A stretch of DNA of 37,354 bases from a virus. Lineage: Duplodnaviria; Caudoviricetes. The translations under genes were made by a program, and so were the position numbers. Positions 1 through 8,862 of this stretch are shown in pieces (within the stretch, counting starts at the first letter, position 1; every line of letters begins with the position of its first letter). The stretch is taken from positions 1 through 37,354 of IMG/VR virus record IMGVR_UViG_3300037722_000053, one strand, 5' to 3'. The notes beneath the pieces are model-generated. The model did not search any database and was not told the origin of the DNA. It saw nothing but the letters and a program-made list of their open reading frames with translations.

Positions 1-59
1 GACCCTACTGGTACCAAGGGCTAGTGCGAGCAAGCTCGCTTGCGATGCCTTATAAACGA

Positions 60-96
60 CAAAAACCCCCAAGGGCCTCTCGGCCCAAGGGGGTTA
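60..96 (-). terminator. Intrinsic terminator downstream of the 165..929 gene
   Basis: Minus strand reads AACCCCC-TT-GGGCC-GAGA-GGCCC-TT-GGGGG-TTTTT: GC stem, GNRA loop, U tract. Confidence 0.85.
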
Positions 97-164
97 GGCT
101 TCTAGTGTAGCGGGTAAGGTTGCCTAGACCTATCCGCACCGCTATCGAGTAGCGACCTTACTGC

Positions 165-929
165 TTAGGCGGCTTTCGTCGCCTTTTTCGCCTTTTTCAG
201 CATTGCCGCTGCCTCTTGCACATCGGCTTGCTTAACACCCGCCTGCACGAGCACTGGATTTTCCGTCTCCGCCGCACCAATGCTGGCGTTCTCCGCACTG
301 GCAATGGCATGCTCCAGCGCGGCCACTAGCCGCTTGGCGTAGTCCATGCCGTTGGTCTTGATGATGCGGTCGGCATGCTTTTCGACTCCGCCGTCGGCCA
401 CTTTCGCTGCCGCTTGTTGCGCTAGCGCCGCGATGCGCTGTTGCTTTTCCTCTGCCGTAAGGTCGGCGTCAGTGTTGATTGCCAGCACTTCCTGCACGCT
501 GACTTCACGGCTAACGGCCTTCTCGGCCTTCTGCTCGGGCGTCAGGATGGGGGCACCGCTTGCCGTAATTCCCCTCGACTTGAGGCTGTCTCGGGCAGCT
601 TGCAGGGCTTTCCAGTAGCCGAAGCCCTCAACCTTGAAGCCAGGAACTAGCTTGGTGGCGGCATAAATCTGCCTCACTTCGCTGGCACGCTGCTTCACTG
701 TCGCGTCCGGCTTGTCTTCCTTGGTGGCTTTGGTGCTAGCCACCGTATCGCTGAGGAACTTCAGGCCGTCGCTGAACGCCATCCCTTGTAGGGGGCCGAC
801 GATGGATTGCAGCCTTGTGACTTCCTCATTGCTCGGCGCGCTGTCTGACACGCGCCTGAGGAGATCGGCCATCCCTTGACAGGTAAGACCAGCGGCGACA
901 TACGCGAGGTGCATTGTTGCTTTGCTCAT
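165..929 (-). CDS. Hypothetical Ala/Lys-rich protein, probable early gene
   Basis: 254 aa ORF with AAGGA RBS (AAAGGAAACACATC-ATG), GC-rich codons, basic tail KKAKKATKAA, followed by a terminator. Confidence 0.8.
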   Translation of the reverse strand: MSKATMHLAYVAAGLTCQGMADLLRRVSDSAPSNEEVTRLQSIVGPLQGMAFSDGLKFLSDTVASTKATKEDKPDATVKQRASEVRQIYAATKLVPGFKVEGFGYWKALQAARDSLKSRGITASGAPILTPEQKAEKAVSREVSVQEVLAINTDADLTAEEKQQRIAALAQQAAAKVADGGVEKHADRIIKTNGMDYAKRLVAALEHAIASAENASIGAAETENPVLVQAGVKQADVQEAAAMLKKAKKATKAA

Positions 930-949
930 GATGTGTTTCCTTTGGAGTT

Positions 950-1165
950 ATGGACTCGGAACCGAAAGGCCCGATCATCCCGTGCGCCGTTGATGGGCTG
1001 CGCACCAGAACCCGGCTGCACCCCACTAGGTACTGGGTGCAGCCTGTGTAAGTCAGACAGACAAGCTCCTGAGAAGTTCCCCTGCCGTAACAACCTTGTT
1101 ACTCGTGCTGCACCGCAGCAAGGGAATGCGCTCAGGCGCATCCGTCCGTACCCGTTGGACAGGGG
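950..1165. ncRNA. Candidate structured RNA or 5' leader
   Basis: Dense inverted repeats: 10-bp stem 1014-1044 and nested multibranch 1068-1136; family not recognised. Confidence 0.35.
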
Positions 1166-1359
1166 GAGGGGAGGATAGTTCTATGGATTGTATGTATGGC
1201 CCCATAAGCTCCATCTATCTGGTTAGTAAGTGTTCACTTCTTAACAGGACTGATTCTTAAGGGGAATTTAAGGGGGGAGGGGGGAAAAGATGGACTGGGA
1301 GATTATTAGATTGATGCAGTGTTAGCTAATTCTATATATTTTCAAAAAGGGGTAGGTGT

Positions 1360-1466
1360 CTTAGAAGCTTCAGAATAGCCTAGGAAAGGCTTAAAGCTTA
1401 GAGGCTAGGGGGATAGCTTACAGGGTTCCTAGAACCCGTCCTAGAGCCTCTACGAGGCTCCTAAAG
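1360..1466 (+). repeat. Array of degenerate heptamers CYTARAG
   Basis: About 9 copies at 1360, 1379, 1390, 1397, 1404, 1417, 1428, 1440 and 1460. Confidence 0.55.
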
Positions 1467-1611
1467 GCATTGTTCGCTGTGATAAACCTCCACAGCTCAC
1501 ACCTCTTAGTTGACGAGAAACCTATAAAGGGTTTCTCTTATATATCTTTTCCTAAATACACCTGAGCCCTTTAGGGCTCTTACTCTTACACCTTCGCCCT
1601 CTCTTACCATT

Positions 1612-1640
1612 ATTATAACATACTTTTAGTCAAAAGTCAA
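1612..1640 (-). promoter_or_regulatory. Leftward sigma70 promoter
   Basis: Minus strand TTGACT-17 nt-TATAAT with extended -10 TG. Confidence 0.8.
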
Positions 1641-1698
1641 GGGGTTTATGAAAATAAAAAATAAATCCCTTTAAAAACAAAGAGAGTAAAAATAGTTC

Positions 1699-1727
1699 TT
1701 GACATTTGGTTCAAAGTGTGGTATAAT
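1699..1727 (+). promoter_or_regulatory. Rightward consensus sigma70 promoter
   Basis: TTGACA-17 nt-TATAAT with TGn extension and A-rich upstream region. Confidence 0.9.
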
Positions 1728-1762
1728 ATATAGGTAAGCTAGAAATGTCTAAAGGAGACAAT

Positions 1763-1831
1763 ATGGAAATTGTCTTAATGATTGGAGTTGTTGTATTTAA
1801 TGTGGTTTTAATTTGGGGGTTTTGTCAATAA
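1763..1831 (+). CDS. 22 aa hydrophobic peptide
   Basis: AAGGAG RBS; MEIVLMIGVVVFNVVLIWGFCQ; below the ORF track length cutoff. Confidence 0.55.
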   Translation: MEIVLMIGVVVFNVVLIWGFCQ

Positions 1832-1840
1832 GGACAATCT

Positions 1841-2194
1841 ATGTCTAAATTATTTCGTTTATTCGTTGCCAGTCTGTTGCTCATCCCTTCTATTGGATTT
1901 GCTTTTCCTTTAGTTTTTAGTGATGAGAATGTAGCAGTTATGTTGCATGATAAGCCTTGTGATGTTAAAGAAGTCTTTGTGCAAATTGAACCTGCCATGC
2001 GAGATCAATACAAATTAGCTTCAGTTGTTTGGAATAATCAACCTTTAAAAGCTTGTTGGACTAAGGTGCCTGAAGATTTGACACCTGAACCTATGTATTT
2101 TATTCTTGATGAAACAGGTGATGCTGGTTTTATTCCTCAATCTTCATTTAAACAAGATTCAGGAAAGGTTGTTCCTCAAGGAACTCGAATCTAA
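1841..2194 (+). CDS. Hypothetical exported protein
   Basis: AAGGA RBS; N-terminal signal-peptide-like stretch ending GFA; two Cys. Confidence 0.75.
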   Translation: MSKLFRLFVASLLLIPSIGFAFPLVFSDENVAVMLHDKPCDVKEVFVQIEPAMRDQYKLASVVWNNQPLKACWTKVPEDLTPEPMYFILDETGDAGFIPQSSFKQDSGKVVPQGTRI

Positions 2195-2760
2195 TGACTT
2201 GGAACGATAATAAGAAGATTGATGTAGTTACCACATGGCTTATTACAGGCAATCTGGCAGCTACAGCTTCTGTTTGTCAAGTTCCTCTTGTTACCATCAA
2301 GATGTGGAAGAAACAGCCTTGGTGGAATGATTTAGTTTTAGACATTCAAACAGAGAGCGATCAAGAACTTGATGCAAAACTCTCTAAAAGAATTGAGAAA
2401 TCCCTAGAGATTATTAATGATCGTCTCGAACATGGTGATTTCCAGTATGACCCAAAAACGGGTCAATTTGTAAGAAAACCTGTCTCCATGAAAGACGGGT
2501 GGAAAGTGGCGAATGAGATGATTGACAAAAGATGGCTCATTCGCAAGATGCCTCAAAACCAAGTGGATCAAGGAGCAGTTGGTGACATACTTAAAAATCT
2601 TGCTAAAGAATTTGCTGAAATGGCTAAAAAGAGAGTTTCCAACATTCTTAAACCTAATGAAGAAAGCAAAGAAAATGCCGAAGCAACGGACCCCCTCCAA
2701 AATGAAGCGCCCAGTCAAGAAGGGCCGGAAGTATTAAACGCTCCTTCTAAAGGAGCTTAG
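2194..2760 (+). CDS. Putative terminase small subunit
   Basis: N-terminal HTH-like region (GNLAATASVCQVPLVTIKMWKKQPWW), helical body, located upstream of TerL. Confidence 0.65.
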   Translation: MTWNDNKKIDVVTTWLITGNLAATASVCQVPLVTIKMWKKQPWWNDLVLDIQTESDQELDAKLSKRIEKSLEIINDRLEHGDFQYDPKTGQFVRKPVSMKDGWKVANEMIDKRWLIRKMPQNQVDQGAVGDILKNLAKEFAEMAKKRVSNILKPNEESKENAEATDPLQNEAPSQEGPEVLNAPSKGA

Positions 2761-2761
2761 T

Positions 2762-3028
2762 GTGGCACAAAGTAGAGCGAAGCGTAATTACCGCAAAGAA
2801 TACGCTAACTACCAAGGAAGACCAGAGCAAATAGCTAACCGCTCTAACCGTAATAAAGCACGTAGGAAGATGAAAAATGCGGGCTTGGTTCATCAAGGGG
2901 ATGGAAAAGACGTGGATCATAAGCGTCCGGTTGTTAAGGGTGGCGGGAATAGTCGTGCTAATTTGCGCATTCGTGCTCGTTCTTCCAATCGCTCTTTTCC
3001 TCGCACTCGTAAGGCCAGGATGCAATGA
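2762..3028 (+). CDS. HNH endonuclease, packaging-associated
   Basis: DVDHKRP..GGGNSRANLR..NRS motif; basic; adjacent to TerL. Confidence 0.85.
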   Translation: MAQSRAKRNYRKEYANYQGRPEQIANRSNRNKARRKMKNAGLVHQGDGKDVDHKRPVVKGGGNSRANLRIRARSSNRSFPRTRKARMQ

Positions 3029-3052
3029 TGATGCTGAATAAAGAAGGGTGGG

Positions 3053-4561
3053 ATGATTAATGCGGAGGTTATTGAAGGGTTTGTTGGATCGGTACTCGCA
3101 AAACGATTTGACCAACCAGCCCCTATACCTCCTTGTCATCGAGAATGGTGGGAATTATGCACAAGCAAACATCCTTTTGTGGCAATAGCTGCCCCACGGG
3201 GTTTTGCAAAGAGTACAGCGATTACACATTCGTATACTCTTGCTTGTGTGCTGTTCAGGGAGCGGAGTTTTGTACTGCTCATATCAGGAACGGAGGCGCA
3301 AGCCATTCTGTTCTTGAACGACATCAAGAACGAATTAAAGGACAACCAGGCGATACATCAGCTTTTTGGTACTCCGAGGTTCTTGAAGGATGCTGAAACA
3401 GACATCATTGTAGAATTGGCAGAAGGTCATAAGTTTCGTATTATGGCTAAAGGTTCGGAGCAATCACTTCGAGGTGCGAAGTGGTTGAATCGTCGTCCAG
3501 ATTTAGTTATCTGTGACGACATTGAAGAAGATGAACAGGTAATGAATAAAGACAGGAGAGATAAGTTCAGACGCTGGTTTTTTGGTGCTCTTATCCCTGT
3601 TCGGAGTGATAATGGAATTATACGTGTAGTTGGAACCATTTTGCATATGGACTCTATGCTAGAACGTCTTATGCCAGAATTTCAATTACAAAGCAAAAGA
3701 AAACATTTGTTCTTAAAAATAGAACCTCTGAAAACCTGGACTGAACAATCTACGGGTTGGAGGTCAGTTAAGTATAGAGCACATGATGAGACTTTTAAGC
3801 ATCTCCTCTGGCCTGAGAAAAAAGGGGAGAAAGAACTGCGTAGTATTAGGGCTGATTATGTTTCACAAGGACTTCCTGAGATTTATTCCCAGGAATATTT
3901 AAATGTACCTATTGATGAATCTGTCGCTTTCTTTAAGAAAGGGGAGTTCGTTGACAGGAGTTTAGATGACCAAAAGAAACTTTTACGATATTACATTGCA
4001 TCAGATTTGGCGATTAGTGAGAAAGATAGGGCAGACTGGTCTGCCTTTGTCATCGGTGGTCTTGATGAGAATGGTCTCTTGCATATTGTTAATGTTATTC
4101 GTGAGCGCATGGATGCTAGAGAAATTGTAGATACTATTTTTGCTCTAGAGAAATTTTACAAACCAGAAGTGTTTGCTGTTGAAAAAGGTCAGATTGAAAA
4201 GGCGATTGGCCCCTTCTTGAATGAAGAAATGCCTAAGCGAAACATCTGGCCCCAAATTTTACCCCTCTCTCCTTCTGTTGATAAATGGAACAGGGCGCGA
4301 AGCATTCAAGGAAGAATGAGGGCAAGAGCGGTAAGATTTGATAAAGATGCAGATTGGTATCAAACTTTTGAAGACGAACTTACAAGGTTTCCACGAGACA
4401 AGCATGATGACCAAGTTGATGCTTTTGCTTACTTGGGGCTCATTTTAGACAGAATGGTGGAAGCTCCTACAGAGCAGGAAATAGCGGACGATATTTATTA
4501 CGATGCCTACGAACAATCAGGACTACTCGAAGTTGGCCGATCCTCAACCACAGGCTACTGA
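3053..4561 (+). CDS. terL: Terminase large subunit
   Basis: Walker A APRGFAKST, Walker B LVICDDIE, coupling motif VGT, nuclease motifs SDLA and HDDQVDA. Confidence 0.97.
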   Translation: MINAEVIEGFVGSVLAKRFDQPAPIPPCHREWWELCTSKHPFVAIAAPRGFAKSTAITHSYTLACVLFRERSFVLLISGTEAQAILFLNDIKNELKDNQAIHQLFGTPRFLKDAETDIIVELAEGHKFRIMAKGSEQSLRGAKWLNRRPDLVICDDIEEDEQVMNKDRRDKFRRWFFGALIPVRSDNGIIRVVGTILHMDSMLERLMPEFQLQSKRKHLFLKIEPLKTWTEQSTGWRSVKYRAHDETFKHLLWPEKKGEKELRSIRADYVSQGLPEIYSQEYLNVPIDESVAFFKKGEFVDRSLDDQKKLLRYYIASDLAISEKDRADWSAFVIGGLDENGLLHIVNVIRERMDAREIVDTIFALEKFYKPEVFAVEKGQIEKAIGPFLNEEMPKRNIWPQILPLSPSVDKWNRARSIQGRMRARAVRFDKDADWYQTFEDELTRFPRDKHDDQVDAFAYLGLILDRMVEAPTEQEIADDIYYDAYEQSGLLEVGRSSTTGY

Positions 4562-6596
4562 AGAACTTTCTTCAGGACTTTCTGACCTAAACGCTCTTCT
4601 TGATTCGGCGAATATCGCCGAAGAGGTGGATGAAGAGATTTTAGAAGAAATCGGCACTGCTGTTTACGAGGGTTATGAGAAGGACTGTGCTTCCAAGAGA
4701 AATTGGGACACGATGATTGACGAGTATGTTAAACTCGCGACTCAAGTGAAAGAACCTAAGAGTTGGCCTTGGCAGAAAGCTGCTAGTGTTAAATACCCCC
4801 TTCTCTCTACTGCTGCTCTTCAGTTTCAGGCTAGGGCTTATCCATCCTTAGTTCCTGCTGATGGCAAGATTGTGAATATGAAAGTGGTTGGTGCTGATCC
4901 CCAAGGTCTGAAAATGGCTAAAGCGGATAAACTTGCCAAGCACATGAATTACCAACTTCTTAAAGAGATGAAGGATTGGGATGAAGAAACTGATAGGTTA
5001 CTTATCCAATTACCGATTGTTGGTTGTTTATTTCGTAAAACTTACTTTGATCAAATTAAAAAACAAAATGTCTCTAGACTCTTAGGGCCTAAAGACCTTG
5101 TAGTGAATTATTGGGCTCCTTCATTAGAAGGAGCTTATAGAAAGACGGAAATCATTACGATGACTCGTAATGAAGTTCAGGCCCAGATCAATGCTGGATT
5201 GTTTCTAGACGTTGATTTGCCTGATCCTGATTCTTCGCCTAAAGTTCCAAATAAGACAGATGTACATAAAGGAGAGGCTCCATCAGCTAATGATAAAGCA
5301 ACTCCTTATGTCATCTTAGAACAACATACGTTCTGGGACTTGGATGATGATAACATTGCAGAACCTTATATTATTACCATTGAAGAACAATCCCGTAAAG
5401 TGCTTCGCATGGTTGCGAGATGGGATTCGGATGGTGTTAAGCTCAATGATAAGAAAGAAGTCATTACTTTTGAATCAGTAGAGTATTACACTAAGTATGA
5501 GTTTTTACCTAATCCAGATGGGGGTTTCTATGGGGTTGGTTTCGGGCATCTTCTTGGGCCTCTTAATGACTCTGCTAATACTATTGTCAATCTTCTCCTT
5601 GATGCTGGTACCTTATCTAATTTACAATCTGGGTTCTTGGGTAAAGGGCTGCGTCTCAAAGCAGGGGAGACGCGCCTAGCTCCGGGTGAATGGCGCAGTG
5701 TGCCAACTTCTGGAGATGACATTAAGAAACAAATCTTTCCGCTACCCGTAAAAGAACCCTCCAAAGTTCTATTTGAACTCTTAGGTCTGATTATTCAATC
5801 AACTAAAGAGCTAGCTTCTGTAGCGGAAATCTTTGTAGGTAAAATGCCGGGACAAAATACCCCGGCAACTACCACAATGGCAACGATTGAACAAGGGATG
5901 AAGGTTTTTACCTCTATTTATAAGAGGGTCTATCGTTCTTTAGCTAAAGAATTCGAGAAACTCTTTAGGTTGAATTCCATTCATCCTGAGAATTTAGAAC
6001 GGGCGATGTTGATTTTAGACGAGCCTATTGAGCAAGCGGACTATGACTTAAAATCTTACGACGTTTGCCCAACGGCTGATCCCACTGCAGTGAGTTCTAC
6101 TCAAAAGTTACTAAAAGCCCAGGGGCTTATGGAACTTCTTCCCTTAGGCACCATCAATGTGATGGAAGTAACCAAGAGGATTTTAGAAGCACAAGAGCAG
6201 CCTAATATTGAGGCTCTCATGCAACAACAGCAACTTCCACCTGATCCAAAGGTTCAGGCTGCTCAGATGAAGATGCAGCAGGATAAAGAGAAACATCAGC
6301 TCGATACTGCCATGAAGCAGTTCGAGATGCAGATGAAACAGCAAGAAGCCATGATGGATATGAAATTCATGGAGATGGAAAAAATGATGGAGATGAAATT
6401 GAAGGAAATGGAAATGGGCCAAGAGGCTCAGCATTCCAATCAGAAACATCAGATGAAGATGACCCAAACCATAGAGGATGCTTATGCAAAAAGAGAAGCT
6501 GCTAGAGTGGCTCCAAAGCCCGGTAACAATTCTTCAAAAGGAAGTGATTCAGGAAAGGGTAATGGAGGCGCTGGAAAACCTAGCTCACGCGACTAA
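4503..6596 (+). CDS. Portal protein with long C-terminal Met/Gln-rich coiled coil; exact start uncertain
   Basis: 697 aa directly after TerL; FYGVGFGHLL and TTTMATIEQG motifs typical of podoviral portals. Confidence 0.9.
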   Translation: MPTNNQDYSKLADPQPQATEELSSGLSDLNALLDSANIAEEVDEEILEEIGTAVYEGYEKDCASKRNWDTMIDEYVKLATQVKEPKSWPWQKAASVKYPLLSTAALQFQARAYPSLVPADGKIVNMKVVGADPQGLKMAKADKLAKHMNYQLLKEMKDWDEETDRLLIQLPIVGCLFRKTYFDQIKKQNVSRLLGPKDLVVNYWAPSLEGAYRKTEIITMTRNEVQAQINAGLFLDVDLPDPDSSPKVPNKTDVHKGEAPSANDKATPYVILEQHTFWDLDDDNIAEPYIITIEEQSRKVLRMVARWDSDGVKLNDKKEVITFESVEYYTKYEFLPNPDGGFYGVGFGHLLGPLNDSANTIVNLLLDAGTLSNLQSGFLGKGLRLKAGETRLAPGEWRSVPTSGDDIKKQIFPLPVKEPSKVLFELLGLIIQSTKELASVAEIFVGKMPGQNTPATTTMATIEQGMKVFTSIYKRVYRSLAKEFEKLFRLNSIHPENLERAMLILDEPIEQADYDLKSYDVCPTADPTAVSSTQKLLKAQGLMELLPLGTINVMEVTKRILEAQEQPNIEALMQQQQLPPDPKVQAAQMKMQQDKEKHQLDTAMKQFEMQMKQQEAMMDMKFMEMEKMMEMKLKEMEMGQEAQHSNQKHQMKMTQTIEDAYAKREAARVAPKPGNNSSKGSDSGKGNGGAGKPSSRD

Positions 6597-6744
6597 CGAG
6601 CGAGATTATGATGTATTCATGAAAGGTATGGTGTTCGCCTATCGTGAAATTTTAGACTGGACACCTGAAGCCGAAGAGGAAGAAGATGATTCAATTCAAC
6701 CAGAAGAGTCTGGGACACAGAGTAATTCTCAAACCACGCATTGA
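6478..6744 (+). CDS. Small hypothetical head-module protein; start uncertain
   Basis: EWLQSPVT...KGMVFAYREILDW; fills the gap between portal and GroES. Confidence 0.65.
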   Translation: MLMQKEKLLEWLQSPVTILQKEVIQERVMEALENLAHATNERDYDVFMKGMVFAYREILDWTPEAEEEEDDSIQPEESGTQSNSQTTH

Positions 6745-6994
6745 GAAAGAAACAAAAAGTGGTATTGTTATAGCTCGGGATGAGCGTTCCCAAGCGGTAA
6801 ACACCAATCAAGGCGAAGTGTTTATGATTGGACCTTCATGTTGGGACAACATGGAAAAACCTGATATTAAAATTGGGGACTTAGTTTACTATGCTCGATA
6901 TGGAGCAATGACGATTAAGCCAGAGGGCGCTGAAGATTTCTTAGTTCTCTGCAATGATGAAGACCTTTTAGTGGGGTATACAGAAAATGAGTGA
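6686..6994 (+). CDS. groES: Co-chaperonin GroES-like protein
   Basis: LGHRVILKP, ETKSGIVI mobile loop, GEVFMIGP, IKIGDLVYYARYG, LCNDEDLL. Confidence 0.92.
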   Translation: MIQFNQKSLGHRVILKPRIEKETKSGIVIARDERSQAVNTNQGEVFMIGPSCWDNMEKPDIKIGDLVYYARYGAMTIKPEGAEDFLVLCNDEDLLVGYTENE

Positions 6995-7787
6995 AGAACT
7001 CAAACCAAAAGAAGAAGAGGAAAAGAAAGAAGAACTTCCTCAATTTAGTGAAGTAGAAGAAGAGGCAATGGATCAGGGATGGCAGCCTAAAGAACAATGG
7101 GTTGCTGATGGCAAAAACCCTGATGAATGGCGTTCCGCCAAAGAATTCAAAGAACGTGGTGAATTCTTCTCAACAATCCACCAGCTAAAACGGGATAATA
7201 AATCCCAGGCTGCTGCGTTGGATTCGATGAAAAGGCATCACCAGTTCGTGTTTGACCAAGCCTATCGAAAGGCTCAGGCAGATTTGCGGAAAGAACGCCG
7301 GATGGCTCTGAAAGACGAAGATATTGATCGAGTTGAAGAACTTGAAACAGAATTGGAACGTCTTAATACAGAGTACACAACGCAGAAACAAGAGATTGCT
7401 AAGGTTGAGGTTCAACCTGCTGCTGCTCCTGAGTTGGCTGCGTTTGTTGGGCGTAATCCGTGGTATGAGACAGATTCGGAGTTGCGAGATGAGGCTGACG
7501 CTGTTGGTCTAGTCTTTGCAAACCGACATCCAGGGTCTCGTCCTGAAGTGATTTTAAAGCATGTTGAGGATACTATTAAGAAGAGACATTCCGATAAGTT
7601 CGGAACAAGACGGGCAGCTCCTAACGCTGTAAGTTCAGTAGATCGTACTCGATCCTCTCGTAAGAGTGAACCTGATTACGAACTAGATGAGCTGGAAACT
7701 AAAGTCATGAATGATTTAGTTCGTGCAGGTGTTATGACCAAAGCTGAATACGTCGCCGATCTAAAGAAGATCAAGGGAGAAAAGTAA
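6987..7787 (+). CDS. Putative capsid scaffolding protein
   Basis: Acidic and coiled-coil; AMDQGWQPKEQW motif; lies between portal and capsid. Confidence 0.75.
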   Translation: MSEELKPKEEEEKKEELPQFSEVEEEAMDQGWQPKEQWVADGKNPDEWRSAKEFKERGEFFSTIHQLKRDNKSQAAALDSMKRHHQFVFDQAYRKAQADLRKERRMALKDEDIDRVEELETELERLNTEYTTQKQEIAKVEVQPAAAPELAAFVGRNPWYETDSELRDEADAVGLVFANRHPGSRPEVILKHVEDTIKKRHSDKFGTRRAAPNAVSSVDRTRSSRKSEPDYELDELETKVMNDLVRAGVMTKAEYVADLKKIKGEK

Positions 7788-8170
7788 TGGTAAGACCGAC
7801 TAAAGAACGTACAAAGAGAACGCCGGTAGGCGGCCATCGCAACATTTTGACTGTTGCCAATAAAGACCCCAACTTTGTTTATCGCTGGGTCCTTGACAGC
7901 CCCGGAAGACTGGAGGCATTTAAAGAAGGTGGCTACGAGGTAGTCACAAAGGACATGGAGGTAGGAGACTCCACCGTGGATAAAGCAAGTCAATTAGGGT
8001 CTGCTGTAACAATGGTGAGGGGTGTGTCAACACTTGTGTTGATGCGAATTCCTCGTGAATGGTATGACGAAGATCAAGCTGCAAAACAGGAGGAGATTGA
8101 TGCCCTTGAGGCAACGATGAAATCTCCTGAAACTGCTGATTACGGCAAAGTGAGTATTGGTCGGAAGTAA
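7787..8170 (+). CDS. Conserved hypothetical head-module protein
   Basis: FVYRWV..GYEVV..LVLMRIPREWY pattern; coupled to the upstream gene. Confidence 0.75.
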   Translation: MVRPTKERTKRTPVGGHRNILTVANKDPNFVYRWVLDSPGRLEAFKEGGYEVVTKDMEVGDSTVDKASQLGSAVTMVRGVSTLVLMRIPREWYDEDQAAKQEEIDALEATMKSPETADYGKVSIGRK

Positions 8171-8247
8171 TTCCGCAACATTGGCCGCAAATAGTAATGT
8201 AGTTTTGATCGGTGTCATGCCAAACCTTAATCTAAGGAAAATGTAAT

Positions 8248-8850
8248 ATGGCAAACACTGATCGTCCTAACGGGTTACGGCCCGTTGGCACTGGTCTTGG
8301 TGCCCCTTGGAATGGCAAGGTGAATATGTATGTGGTGGAGTCTGCGAACGATACTGCTATTTTCGTAGGCGATCTTGTCAAACTGAATGGTACTGCTGGG
8401 GAAGCTGGGGAAACCTCTTTCGGCCTTGATGTCGAAGGAATGCCCGAGATTATTCAATCAGCGGCTGGTGATAAATCGGTTGGGGTAGTGGTGGGATTCC
8501 TCCCTAATCAAGATAATTTAATGCAGAAATATTGTGATTCCGAGACTCGTCGGGTGGCTTTGGTTTCTGATGATCCCAATACTGTCTATGAAATCCAGGA
8601 AGTGAGTGGTGGTACTGCTCTGACCTCTGCTGCTGTTGGTAATAACGCCGACGTAGTGGTGGCTGCGGGTAATACTGTTACCGGCAATTCCGGGATGGAA
8701 CTGGACAATTCAACTGAAGCAAATGATGCCACGCTGAACTTCCAGATTCTAGGTCTCGTTAAGCGTGTTGATAATGCCATTGGGGAACATGCCAAATGGC
8801 TAGTCAAAGTTAGCGATCACCAGTTCTCAGTTGGACAAACCGGGTCTTAA
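8248..8850 (+). CDS. Putative capsid decoration or cement protein
   Basis: MANTDRPNGLRPV start, AIFVGDLV and DDPNTVYEIQ; directly upstream of the MCP. Confidence 0.7.
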   Translation: MANTDRPNGLRPVGTGLGAPWNGKVNMYVVESANDTAIFVGDLVKLNGTAGEAGETSFGLDVEGMPEIIQSAAGDKSVGVVVGFLPNQDNLMQKYCDSETRRVALVSDDPNTVYEIQEVSGGTALTSAAVGNNADVVVAAGNTVTGNSGMELDNSTEANDATLNFQILGLVKRVDNAIGEHAKWLVKVSDHQFSVGQTGS

Positions 8851-8862
8851 TAGGGGGATAAT

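Noticed and set aside
346-1178. Several short overlapping ORFs around the first gene
   Set aside because: Antisense or without an RBS, in GC-rich structured sequence
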